Positions 37,608 through 47,113 of a stretch of 64,000 nt of DNA are shown here, in pieces (the first letter of the stretch is position 1; each line of letters opens with the position of its first letter). The stretch lies in the NCBI GenBank assembly GCA_964499705.1, contig CAZCME010000016.1, positions 1-64,000 of the forward strand, written 5' to 3'. A program made the position numbers and the translations under genes. The notes under the pieces were generated by a model that worked only from the letters and a program-made list of their open reading frames with translations, was not told the origin of the DNA and did not search any database. The DNA comes from an uncultured bacterium. Lineage in GTDB: Bacteria > UBA8481.

Positions 37608-38308
37608 CGCTGCTGGATGTCCGCGCTCTCCGCGCGGCTCACGCGCACATCGATGTGCTCCACGACCTCTCCATCGAAGTGGATGCGGACAAGATCGTGA
37701 CGCTGATCGGCGCCAACGGCGCCGGAAAAACCACGACGCTCCTCGCGATTTCCGGTCTCGTCCGGAAGACCGGCGGGAGCATCACGTTCGACGGACGGGA
37801 CATCACGCGGATGCCCGCGCACGAGATCGTCCGGCTCGGCCTGATCCACGTGCCTGAAGGCCGCGGCATATTTCCGAAGCTCAGTGTGGAGGAGAATCTC
37901 CGGATGGGAGCCTTCTCGCGTTCCCGATGGGACGCTTCGGAACTGGAGCGGGCCTACGAGCTTTTTCCCATCCTCGGCGACCGGCGGAAGCAGATGGGGG
38001 GAACACTCTCCGGAGGCGAGCAGCAGATGCTGGCCATCGCGCGGGGCCTGATGGCCGCCCCGAAGATGCTGCTGCTGGACGAGCCCTCGCTTGGCATCGC
38101 CCCCAAGCTCGTCGATCGCATCTTCGAAGCCCTGCGGCGGATCCACAAGGATGGCTGTCCGATCCTGCTGGTGGAGCAGAACGCGCGCCGGGCGCTGGAG
38201 CTGGCCGATCGCGCGTACGTGATCGAGACCGGCGTCGTGACGATCAAGGGGACCGGCCGCGAGCTTCTGGCGAACGCGGAAGTGGAACGCGCGTACCTGG
38301 GGATCTAG
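37604..38308 (+). CDS. livF: Branched-chain amino-acid ABC ATPase
   Basis: GANGAGKTT, VPEGR, LSGGEQQMLA. Confidence 0.93.
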   Translation: MTLLDVRALRAAHAHIDVLHDLSIEVDADKIVTLIGANGAGKTTTLLAISGLVRKTGGSITFDGRDITRMPAHEIVRLGLIHVPEGRGIFPKLSVEENLRMGAFSRSRWDASELERAYELFPILGDRRKQMGGTLSGGEQQMLAIARGLMAAPKMLLLDEPSLGIAPKLVDRIFEALRRIHKDGCPILLVEQNARRALELADRAYVIETGVVTIKGTGRELLANAEVERAYLGI

Positions 38309-39696
38309 GAAATCCTGTTTCGCATCAGCCAGTCCGAAGCGGCGGATGTCACCGCTTTGACCATTTCGGGATCGAACTGAACTCCGGAGTTTTCCTGGAG
38401 CAGCCGCAGCGCCCGGGAGGAATCCATCGCGGCGCGGTGGCTGCGGTTCGACACCATGGCTTCGAAGGCGTCGCATACGCTCAATAGTCTTGCCATTCGC
38501 GGGATGTCCTCCTTGCCGAGCCTGTTCGGATAACCCGCTCCATCCCATCGTTCATGATGCGACACGACGATTTCCTCGATTAATTGCGCGAGCGTGAACC
38601 GGCGGAGCAATTTTGCCGACATGCCGGGATGCCGCTCGAAGAAGCTCTTCTCCTGCGGCGTCAATTCCGCCGCCTTATTAAGGACAAGCTCCGGAACGGA
38701 AATTTCCCCCAGATCCATCAGGAATGCGGCTGTATGGCCGGCCTCGATTTCGACGGGCGAGGCGACGATATGTTTCGCCGCTTCCAGAAAGAGCGAAGCG
38801 ACACGGATTTCCCGGCCCGATTTCTGACCGCGGCGGGCATCGAGCTGATTGCCGAGCTGGAGGTAGATGGCATCGAGATTTTTCCGGCCGGAATCCCATG
38901 TGTCTTTTGCGGACAGAGCCGCAGCCGTTTCGCGGCCCAGGGCGGAAAGATAGAGCTGTTCCGTTTCCGTCAGGGTCTTCTCCTCCGCATCCTCCAGCAG
39001 GAGCCATCCCCAGTTGAATTCGCCGATGGAGACCGGAACGCCGGCGCGGGTCGCGGTGCCTCCGAAGAGGGACGGCAATTGAGCACCCTTCTGTCCGTGA
39101 AGGAGCGTTCCTTCTTTCAGTGTTTTCGCGAGATCCTCAGGCAGCGCGATGTTCTCCATCTCCGGTTTTTTGTCCTGGTACCCGGAAGTATTGTGCAGAG
39201 TGCATCGTCCGGGAGTGCCCGGTGTCCACTTAAGCGACGCTCCGAGACGAAGCCTGGATATCTTCCAGGCGCGATTGAGAGCGACAGCCATCAGGTCCGA
39301 CTCGGACAGCACCAGGTCGGGTGCCTTCGCGATCGCCGACGCGACGGAAAAGTCGCGCGCCTGGCGCATGCGCGAATCGACGTCGCCGAAGGTCCGCAGG
39401 CCTTCCTCGCGCCCTTCCATGGCGGAAGAAATTTCCTTCAGTCGATCTTCGACCATCACGGTCACGGTCGCCAGCATCTGTTCCTCGTCCTCGATCGTCG
39501 GCAGATCCCATTCGATGCTCCGCTTCTTCTCGGGCCGGCTCGCATAGAGAATGAAGAGCGCCGCCAAGGCCGCGCAGAGGATCACGACGCCGACCTGGAT
39601 GCTCCATTCCCATCCCGAGAGAATGACAATGAGGAGCGCGATGATGAAGAGGAGGGCTCCAACCCAGAGACCCATGAAGAGCCGGGAATTTTTCAC
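38305..39696 (-). CDS. Membrane-anchored GAF-like / degenerate HD-GYP protein
   Basis: Two N-terminal TMs; HHERWDGAGYP retained; HD motif reads LMDLGEI. Confidence 0.85.
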   Translation of the reverse strand: MKNSRLFMGLWVGALLFIIALLIVILSGWEWSIQVGVVILCAALAALFILYASRPEKKRSIEWDLPTIEDEEQMLATVTVMVEDRLKEISSAMEGREEGLRTFGDVDSRMRQARDFSVASAIAKAPDLVLSESDLMAVALNRAWKISRLRLGASLKWTPGTPGRCTLHNTSGYQDKKPEMENIALPEDLAKTLKEGTLLHGQKGAQLPSLFGGTATRAGVPVSIGEFNWGWLLLEDAEEKTLTETEQLYLSALGRETAAALSAKDTWDSGRKNLDAIYLQLGNQLDARRGQKSGREIRVASLFLEAAKHIVASPVEIEAGHTAAFLMDLGEISVPELVLNKAAELTPQEKSFFERHPGMSAKLLRRFTLAQLIEEIVVSHHERWDGAGYPNRLGKEDIPRMARLLSVCDAFEAMVSNRSHRAAMDSSRALRLLQENSGVQFDPEMVKAVTSAASDWLMRNRIS

Positions 39697-39731
39697 GGGA
39701 GGATTATAACAACAGCGGAGCGATCAGATCA

Positions 39732-40544
39732 CTAGGGATTGGCGGAATAATTTACCGGTTCGATGGAGACGGGATCCACGGTGACGGTCGGCACATCCGT
39801 CGTCTGATAACCTAGAATTTCAGAAGTGGTCTGTGTCATGTTGCTGGGATCGTAGCCCGTCTGGCCGTAGTCCCTGTTCTGCGGATTGGCTGAGACCCTC
39901 GGCGTAACCGGGGCCGACAGTCGAATGTCTTCCTGAACGGGAGGAGGTGCAGGCATGGCCTGCATCTCCTCCATCATCTTGGCGACATCCGGAGGCTTCG
40001 GCAGGGCTTCGACTTTTTCCGGCTCTGCCATGCCCACGATCGCGGCTTTCTGTCCCGCCTCGATGATCATCCGTTCGCCGCTGGAACCCTGAGCGAAAAC
40101 GGAACCTGCCTGGACTTCGATGAGCGTGCGGAAGTTCTGGAAGATGGCGACGGAGAAGATCGTCCCGCGGACGCCGGCAACGGCGTTGAAAGTGCGCACG
40201 GCGAAGAATTCATTCCGGCCGAGCGGGCGAACTTTAGCGCTTAATCGGCCTCTCCGCAGCGTGACTTCCCTGTTGCCGGAATCGAGTGATTCATCGATCA
40301 GGAGCTGAGCATTCGCGTCGAGCGTAATCGTGGCCGGACCGACTTCCACGGTGAGACTCGTGTCGCCTGGCGCCGTGACGATTCGCATCCCGCCGTTTTG
40401 AGCGCTGGACCCGGGATCGAAGGTCGACTCCAAGCCGGCGCTCGACGAGTCGATGATGACGCTGTACATGATAGCGATCACGATGCAGAAAAAGCATCCG
40501 GCCACGATGCGGCCCTGGATCTTTCGACGTTCGCGCCAACCCAT
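39732..40544 (-). CDS. FecR-domain protein
   Basis: N-terminal TM; VRTFNAVAGVRGTIFSV. Confidence 0.8.
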   Translation of the reverse strand: MGWRERRKIQGRIVAGCFFCIVIAIMYSVIIDSSSAGLESTFDPGSSAQNGGMRIVTAPGDTSLTVEVGPATITLDANAQLLIDESLDSGNREVTLRRGRLSAKVRPLGRNEFFAVRTFNAVAGVRGTIFSVAIFQNFRTLIEVQAGSVFAQGSSGERMIIEAGQKAAIVGMAEPEKVEALPKPPDVAKMMEEMQAMPAPPPVQEDIRLSAPVTPRVSANPQNRDYGQTGYDPSNMTQTTSEILGYQTTDVPTVTVDPVSIEPVNYSANP

Positions 40545-40557
40545 GGTTCGGATTATA

Positions 40558-41655
40558 TCATGCCTTCTGATGGATTTGCGATCCCTTGTAGAGGTTCCAT
40601 CCCCGTTTCAGAACGACCTTCATGATGGCCGCCATCGGGAGGGCCGCGACGACGCCGACAAGGCCCAGCAGGGCTCCGCCCACGGAGAGGGCGAACAGCA
40701 CGGCTACGGGGCCGAGGCCGACGGATTTGCCTGCGAGCCTGGGAGTGAGAACGAAACCTTCGAGGAACTGGACCACGCCAAAAACGACGACGATGCCGAT
40801 CACGGGAGTCGTCATGGATGCGAGATCTCCCGCCGTGTGAAGAAAGACAAAGAGGAATGCGGGGAGCATTCCGAGCATGGGGCCGATGTAAGGGAGGAAA
40901 TTTCCGAATCCCGCGATGAGGCCGATCAGGATGAAGTAGGGAACGCCGGCGATACCGAGCCCGGTTCCATAGAGCACGGCCATGGCGAGCGCGACGAGAA
41001 ATTGCCCGCGAAGAACCGTCCGCAGGTTGGCGTCGATTTCCCCGAGCAGATCCTTCATCTCATCGTGCCAGGCCGGAGGCGCCGCCTCGATCATGCGCTC
41101 GTTGATCACGTGAAAATCGCGGAGGAAATAGTAGAAGACGAAGACACCGAGGAGGAGATTCAGGGCCATTTCCAGGAGGCCGTAGAGGGAGGAAAGACCG
41201 GAGAAGGCCCATTCCCCCAGCTGTGTCGCGATCTGCGGCGCCGCGTCCTGAAGGCGCGTGAGAGCAACCCGGGCCATCTGTTCCGCCTGGGGGGGAATTC
41301 GACCGGAAGCTTTCCACGCCTCGAAAGTCGCGGAGAGCTTTTCGCGGTAGGCGGGGATCGAATTCGCCAGGGCGACCGATTCGTTGATGATGATCGGCAC
41401 CGCGAGCGACAGGGCCAGGACGACGATGAGAAGGCAGAGGAGCATTACGACGATCACGCCGCTTTCGCGGCGGATGTGGAGCCGGGTTTCCAGGGCGTCC
41501 ACCAGGGGCGTGGCCAGGTAGGCGGCGATCCAGGCCAGGAGAAAAGGAGCGACGGTGGAACGGATGGCGTAGGCGAGCGAAAGGACGAGAGCCAGCCCGG
41601 CCAGCGCGGAGAAGCGGCGCACCCAGATTCTCGGGATGAGAGCTTCTTCGGTCAT
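40558..41655 (-). CDS. AI-2E family transporter
   Basis: AYLATPLV, LRGQ, LPYIGP, QFLEGFVLTPRL. Confidence 0.92.
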   Translation of the reverse strand: MTEEALIPRIWVRRFSALAGLALVLSLAYAIRSTVAPFLLAWIAAYLATPLVDALETRLHIRRESGVIVVMLLCLLIVVLALSLAVPIIINESVALANSIPAYREKLSATFEAWKASGRIPPQAEQMARVALTRLQDAAPQIATQLGEWAFSGLSSLYGLLEMALNLLLGVFVFYYFLRDFHVINERMIEAAPPAWHDEMKDLLGEIDANLRTVLRGQFLVALAMAVLYGTGLGIAGVPYFILIGLIAGFGNFLPYIGPMLGMLPAFLFVFLHTAGDLASMTTPVIGIVVVFGVVQFLEGFVLTPRLAGKSVGLGPVAVLFALSVGGALLGLVGVVAALPMAAIMKVVLKRGWNLYKGSQIHQKA

Positions 41656-41719
41656 GGAGGAATGATACCGGCCTCCATCCTCTCCGGCAACGCTCCTGAA
41701 AATCCGCCCATTAAATCCG

Positions 41720-41746
41720 AAAGCCCGGGGTTCGAACCCGGGCTTT
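41720..41746 (-). terminator. Hairpin, probable intrinsic terminator
   Basis: AAAGCCCGGG...CCCGGGCTTT downstream of the 41791-43050 gene. Confidence 0.55.
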
Positions 41747-41790
41747 AGGGGTATGATATATATGAATCAGGCCGTCCGCCTGTATGAAAA

Positions 41791-43050
41791 TTATGAGGCC
41801 GTTGCGCCTTGCAGTGTCTTCAATAAGTCCGAAGCCTTGTCGAGATCGTCTTCCTTGTTCCCCAGGCTCCTTGCGTTCTCCGCCGCGATGAGGGAGGAAA
41901 GGAGCGCGTCCGCGTCCTTGGCCGGATCGCGTTTTTCGGCGAGGCTGTTGAGGAGCGTCAGGAGATCGGTGGAGCCGTTCGCGTCGAGCTCCGCGGGGAG
42001 CTCGAAGATCTGATCAGCGGAGACGCCGGGGAAAACCTCGTTCATGGCCCCGTCGACGGCATGGAAGAAGCTCTCGGCCGTCGCCTTGACTTCCTCCGCG
42101 AGCCCACCCAGCTCGCCGACGCGCAGCCCCAGCGTCTCCTCCACCTCGCCGAAGAGCTGTTCCGTGGCGTCGTAGAAGCGGTTCAGAGCGTCCTCGTCGA
42201 GACCGGCGAGACCCTGGACCGCGGTGGAGAAGGCGTCGAGCACTTTGGGATCGATCTTTTCCGCCATATCGGAGAGAGAGAGAAAGCGACCGGCGATCTT
42301 CATGGAGAATCCCGCCTCGAAGCTCGCGGCGACTTCCTGTGAGGCCTCGTAGAAGGATCCGGAACCGTCGGAGCCGGACTTGACGGAAGAGCGGGCGGAG
42401 ACGGAGAAGAAGAGATCGAAGTTCACTTCGGCGTGGAAGCCGACTTCGCTCGGCTGGTAGTTGCCGGTCGTCGGGTTCACGTCGATCGCGGGATCGGCAA
42501 GGAGACCGACGGGCGGCGGCATCTTGGCCGCCTTGCTTTCCAGTCCGAGCATGGCCTCGGCGGCCTTCAGGAACTGCTCCTTCTGTTCCTCGGGCACAAG
42601 GCCGATACCGGACATGACATCCGTGACGCGCTTGCCGGGATCGGGAGCGTTCTCCGCGGCTTTCAGCGTGGACGCGAGCTGTTCGAGGTTGATGCCCTTG
42701 TTGACGTCCTTTTCCATCCCGGTCCGATTGGCGATGATGGCCCGGAGCGACTTGAGAACCTTCGGAGCGTTTTCGTTGACGATCTTGAGAATATCGGAGG
42801 CGTTGACCTTTTCGGGCTCGGGGAGTTTTTCGGCGAGCTTCTCGACGGCTTTTTCCTCGACGCTCTTTTCGCGCGCCGCGTGGTGAGCGAAGTTGAGCTC
42901 GAGAGAATCCTTATCCTCGACCTTGGGAGGTGGAGCCTGTTCAGGGCGGGGCGATCTGATTTTGGGGGATGATTCCTGAGGAACTTCCGGCAGGTTTTCG
43001 ACTGTTCCTGCGGGTGTCCTGAAGAGATTTTTCACATCCGTGGTGTTCAT
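41791..43050 (-). CDS. Acidic helical hypothetical protein
   Basis: 419-aa ORF with AAGGA SD and strong coding bias. Confidence 0.75.
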   Translation of the reverse strand: MNTTDVKNLFRTPAGTVENLPEVPQESSPKIRSPRPEQAPPPKVEDKDSLELNFAHHAAREKSVEEKAVEKLAEKLPEPEKVNASDILKIVNENAPKVLKSLRAIIANRTGMEKDVNKGINLEQLASTLKAAENAPDPGKRVTDVMSGIGLVPEEQKEQFLKAAEAMLGLESKAAKMPPPVGLLADPAIDVNPTTGNYQPSEVGFHAEVNFDLFFSVSARSSVKSGSDGSGSFYEASQEVAASFEAGFSMKIAGRFLSLSDMAEKIDPKVLDAFSTAVQGLAGLDEDALNRFYDATEQLFGEVEETLGLRVGELGGLAEEVKATAESFFHAVDGAMNEVFPGVSADQIFELPAELDANGSTDLLTLLNSLAEKRDPAKDADALLSSLIAAENARSLGNKEDDLDKASDLLKTLQGATAS

Positions 43051-43074
43051 TTGTACCGTCCTTGGTATTAGGAC

Positions 43075-43102
43075 TATTCGGCACGGGATGGCGGAAACTT
43101 GA
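43075..43102 (-). promoter_or_regulatory. Putative sigma28 (FliA) promoter
   Basis: Minus strand TCAAGTTT-N12-GCCGAATA. Confidence 0.45.
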
Positions 43103-43139
43103 GCGGGATGTTGGGGAGATTTTGTGAGGTTTTGTGCGC

Positions 43140-43168
43140 AAAAAAAGGGCGGTCCTTCCGGACCGCCC
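43140..43168 (-). terminator. Intrinsic terminator
   Basis: GGGCGGTCC stem followed by a T7 run on the minus strand. Confidence 0.75.
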
Positions 43169-43203
43169 CTCTCTATTTCAGACTGTTAATCCGGATATTG
43201 CAC

Positions 43204-43575
43204 TCAGTAGTTGGCCGTGTCGAAGACGGTCAGTTCGTACCAGCCGGAGCCTTTGTAAGCGGTGATCTTGACCTTGTAGTCGCCTTCCATGGGAGCCGTG
43301 AAGCGGACCCAATCCGTGTTCTCGTCGTCGTCATCGCTGGAGATGACCTTGTCGCCGTCCGGATCCGTGACCGTGATGTCGAAATCGATGCCGCCCTGGG
43401 AGGCTGCCGCGACGACCATGTAGGTGCCGCCCTTCTTGAAGCGAAGCGTCAACGTGTGATAGGCCTTCTCTTCGAGGCGGTCCGTATCGAAGTAGCGGAG
43501 CGACGCCCACGACCCCGGGGCTGTAATACCCACGAGCATGACCAAGGCCAGAACGAATTTTGTGAATCTCTTCAT
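43204..43575 (-). CDS. Secreted PPC-like beta-sandwich protein
   Basis: Signal peptide; DFDITVTDPDG...SDDDD...FTAPMEGDYKVKI...GWYEL. Confidence 0.75.
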   Translation of the reverse strand: MKRFTKFVLALVMLVGITAPGSWASLRYFDTDRLEEKAYHTLTLRFKKGGTYMVVAAASQGGIDFDITVTDPDGDKVISSDDDDENTDWVRFTAPMEGDYKVKITAYKGSGWYELTVFDTANY

Positions 43576-43650
43576 GAGAGACCTCCCGAGTGGAATATGG
43601 ACGTCATTGTATGGAGCCGATCCATCGGGTAAAGAAAATACTTCCTCCCC

Positions 43651-43700
43651 TTGACTTGCGCGGCGTCCGGAGCGTAAGATTCCATAACGAAAATGTTTTC
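43651..43700 (+). promoter_or_regulatory. Sigma70 promoter with LacI-type operator
   Basis: TTGACT-N18-TAAGAT followed by GAAAATGTTTTC (43689-43700). Confidence 0.6.
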
Positions 43701-43721
43701 TCTCCCGTATGAGGTGCCCGA

Positions 43722-46025
43722 ATGACGCCGCCGGAAACGATGCTCTCCGGGGAGATCCACTATTTCCGCATCCCGCGGGAGGATTGGCCGGACAGGCTCC
43801 GGACCGCGGACCGCACGGGATTGAACACCGTCTCCACTTATGTTCCGTGGATGGTGCATGAACCGGTGGAGGGGCGATTCGATTTTTCGCTCGTGGATGA
43901 CTGGATCCGGGCCGTCGCCGATGCCGGGCTGAAGTTGTTCATCCGGGTCGGTCCGGTGTCCAATGCGGAGCTCATTGGTGAAGGGCTCCCGGGATGGCTC
44001 GCCGGGGACCGCGAAGCGATGCTGCGCGGGGGACCGGACGATCCGTCGGAAGCAACCTTTGGTCCCTCGTATCTCTCGCCGCGATTCCAATCCGCCGTCG
44101 CGGCCTGGCATGACGCGCTTCTTCCGCGTGTCGCTGCCGCACAGGTGACGCGAGGCGGTCCTATAACCGCGGTTCAGCTCTGCAACGAAATCGGCATGAT
44201 TCCCTGGCTCGCGCATCGGCCCGATCGCGCCTCCCACGTCGAGGCGTTCTACCGCGAATTTCTCCGGGCGCGATACGGCGAGATCGGGAGATTGAACGAC
44301 GCGTACGAAACGCAGTACGGTTCATTCGCTGAAATCTCCCAGCCGCCCAATATCCCCACAACCACGAACCGCCTGCAATTGCTCGATCGGGCCCGGTTCT
44401 TCAGGGCCTACTTCGCCCGATACTTCCGGACGCTCGCCGATCATGCCGCGCGTCACGGCATCGAAGTTCCTCTCGTCGCCAACATTCCGATGTTCTGGGA
44501 TTACGACACCCGGGGCCGCGGCCACCAGGCTCCGCTGACCGTTTCCTTCTTCGCGGATTTTGCCGCCGCCGTGCCCGGAGTTTCCCTTGGAGGCGCCTAC
44601 CAGATGCGCCGGCTCGATCACGAGAACTCCCACGATATCGCGATCGCCACGGAAATGGTTCGCGCGTGTCTCAGGAGGAACATTCCCGCCGATCGTGCGG
44701 GCATGCCCCTCTGCGTCGAGCTCCAGACCGGCATCCTCTCCGACCGTCCCCGCCTCTATCCTTCCGACGTGGACATGAACCTCCGCCTCTCCCTCGGCCA
44801 CGGGCTTGCGGGCGTCAACGGCTACATGTTCGCGGGCGGGAGTAACGCGGATGGCATGGGGTGGTTCGGGCATTATCACGAGTGGCAGGCGCCCGTGGCC
44901 GCCGACGGTTCCACGCGACCTCACATCAAGCCGATCGAAACGCTGGGTTCGTTTCTCCGTGGTTTCGGTACGCAGTATTCCTCCAGCTCGAAAACATTCT
45001 CCACCGCGATCGGTTTCCACGCGCCGGACTGGATGACGGAGTATATCGACGGGTCGGAATCGGAGGAGATCAAGTCCGTCCGCGAAGCGTATGCCTTCGA
45101 CGGAGCATGGCGACTCCTGGATATCCTCGGGCGCCCTTTTTCTGTCGTGGACCTGGAGACCGATTCGACGTGGCCGGCATCGATCTGGCTCTTCACGTGG
45201 GACCGGATGGATGCTCCGCTTCAACAGCGGCTCGCCGATTACGTTTTGTCCGGCGGTCGGCTGGCCATCGGCCCGCGCCTTCCATCGCGCGATTTCCGCG
45301 GCCGCGCCTGCCGCATCCTGGCCGACTCGCTCGGCCTGGAAACAACCCGGCGGCCCCGGGAGAATGTCATGATCGATGGAGCGGATCACACCAGCGTGGA
45401 ACACACTAGTGTGGCGCACACTTGTGTGGAGCGCTTCGTCGGTTCCATGGTCGATACGGTCAAGGCTCGGCCCGGAGACGAAATCCTCGCGTCGACGCGC
45501 GATGGATCCGTCGCCGCGCTTCTCGGCTCGCGCGGTTCGGGTCGCGTCCTCTACACGGGATTCGGAATCGAGGACAAGTTCCTGTACTGGAGAGAGATCT
45601 TTTCCCGGTGGTGCGACATGCTCGGCATTCCCGAGCTCATCCGGATCCGCCCCTTCGGCGAGATCGGCGCGCAAGGACGCGAGGGGGAGGATGGCTCCTT
45701 CCTGACGGTCTCGAATCCGCACGATCTTCCCGTCCGGGCAACCGTCGAGATTCCGCATCGCGGATATGGACCGCTCGACCTGGCCCTGCCGCCCCGTGGT
45801 GCCTGGATCCTGCCGATCGATGTCGCGCTCGGGAACGGGTGGAGGCTACTTCGCGCCAACGCGGAAGCGCATGCCGCGAATTTTACGGATCATGGGCTTG
45901 AACTGGAATTCCGCGCGCCCGCGCTGGGCGAAACGTTCGAAGCGGAAGTGTCGCGTTCGAACGGCAGCCGCATCATCCTGACGGCGGATGCCTCCGCGGG
46001 CATCGCGCGCGCGCGGATCGACTGA
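43722..46025 (+). CDS. GH35-type glycoside hydrolase, cytoplasmic
   Basis: SGEIHYFRIP, GLNTVSTYVPW, VQLCNEIG, VELQTG; no signal peptide. Confidence 0.85.
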   Translation: MTPPETMLSGEIHYFRIPREDWPDRLRTADRTGLNTVSTYVPWMVHEPVEGRFDFSLVDDWIRAVADAGLKLFIRVGPVSNAELIGEGLPGWLAGDREAMLRGGPDDPSEATFGPSYLSPRFQSAVAAWHDALLPRVAAAQVTRGGPITAVQLCNEIGMIPWLAHRPDRASHVEAFYREFLRARYGEIGRLNDAYETQYGSFAEISQPPNIPTTTNRLQLLDRARFFRAYFARYFRTLADHAARHGIEVPLVANIPMFWDYDTRGRGHQAPLTVSFFADFAAAVPGVSLGGAYQMRRLDHENSHDIAIATEMVRACLRRNIPADRAGMPLCVELQTGILSDRPRLYPSDVDMNLRLSLGHGLAGVNGYMFAGGSNADGMGWFGHYHEWQAPVAADGSTRPHIKPIETLGSFLRGFGTQYSSSSKTFSTAIGFHAPDWMTEYIDGSESEEIKSVREAYAFDGAWRLLDILGRPFSVVDLETDSTWPASIWLFTWDRMDAPLQQRLADYVLSGGRLAIGPRLPSRDFRGRACRILADSLGLETTRRPRENVMIDGADHTSVEHTSVAHTCVERFVGSMVDTVKARPGDEILASTRDGSVAALLGSRGSGRVLYTGFGIEDKFLYWREIFSRWCDMLGIPELIRIRPFGEIGAQGREGEDGSFLTVSNPHDLPVRATVEIPHRGYGPLDLALPPRGAWILPIDVALGNGWRLLRANAEAHAANFTDHGLELEFRAPALGETFEAEVSRSNGSRIILTADASAGIARARID

Positions 46026-47104
46026 TGGGAGAATCACTGACGATCCGCACGATCGCGGAAGCGGCCGGCGTCTCGCCGTCCGCCGTTTCCAAGGCGCTCA
46101 ACTCCCGTCCCGGAATTTCTCCCGCGATGCGCCTGCGCGTCCAACAGATCGCCCAGAATCTCGGCTACGCTCCGTACGTCGCCTCCCGCCGTAAGGGAAT
46201 GCTCTCCCCGGGCGGCTGCCACGTCGCCGTTCTCTTCGGCCCGGTCGGGCCGCACATCGTCCGGGAGGTCCAGTTCGGCATCGATGTCGCGCTCCGTTCG
46301 TCCGGGTTCTACGAGCTCCGATGCAGCCTGATGCCGGAGGATCCGGATCGCGAGGAAGTGAAGCGCGGCTTTCTCCGCAAGGTGGAGGAAGACCCGGCCA
46401 TCGCGGGTCTTCTCGCCTGCTGCGTCTCCATCGAAGATTCGGTCGCCACGTCGCTCGGTCGCCGCCGCATTCCGATCGTGCATCTCGACGGCGATCGATC
46501 GATCAAACGTGGACATGTGATGATCGATCATGTGGACGCGTCGAACCAGGCGGCCACGGCGCTTCTGAAGCTCGGACGCAGGAAAGTGGGTTACATCGGG
46601 CCGCGCGCGGAGATCGCGTGGGTCTGGCGGGAGCGATATCGGGGCGTGGAGGAGACCGTGCGCCGCGCGAAAGCCGTCTTCGAGTTCGAGGAGGAATCGA
46701 TCTGCGACATGGTGCAGGCCGCCTTTGCCACGAGGCGCCTCATGGAACGCGCGCCGCAAACGGACGCGCTCATCTATTCGAGCGATCTCCAGGCGCTCGG
46801 GGGCATGAGAATGCTTCGCGAGATGGGCATCGATGTGCCCGGCCGGGTGGCGGTCATAGGTTTTGACGATTCGGATGTCTGCCGCGCCGTTTCCCCGATG
46901 GTCTCCTCCGTCCGCCAGCCGTTCCGGAGGATGGGGGAGACGGGAACGAGGATGCTTCTTCGGGCGATCGAGGGAAAATCCGGCGCCCTGAAGAAGACGG
47001 AGCTGCGGGCGAAGCTGGTGATGCGGAGCTCCTGTCTCGGGGATTCGCCCGGGGACAGGTGGCATCGGGACATGTCCCGCGAAGTGATGGTGCGGACGGC
47101 TTAG
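46025..47104 (+). CDS. LacI family transcriptional regulator
   Basis: TIRTIAEAAGVSPSAVSKALN HTH; VIGFDD, SSVRQP. Confidence 0.93.
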   Translation: MGESLTIRTIAEAAGVSPSAVSKALNSRPGISPAMRLRVQQIAQNLGYAPYVASRRKGMLSPGGCHVAVLFGPVGPHIVREVQFGIDVALRSSGFYELRCSLMPEDPDREEVKRGFLRKVEEDPAIAGLLACCVSIEDSVATSLGRRRIPIVHLDGDRSIKRGHVMIDHVDASNQAATALLKLGRRKVGYIGPRAEIAWVWRERYRGVEETVRRAKAVFEFEEESICDMVQAAFATRRLMERAPQTDALIYSSDLQALGGMRMLREMGIDVPGRVAVIGFDDSDVCRAVSPMVSSVRQPFRRMGETGTRMLLRAIEGKSGALKKTELRAKLVMRSSCLGDSPGDRWHRDMSREVMVRTA

Positions 47105-47113
47105 GAGGATGGT

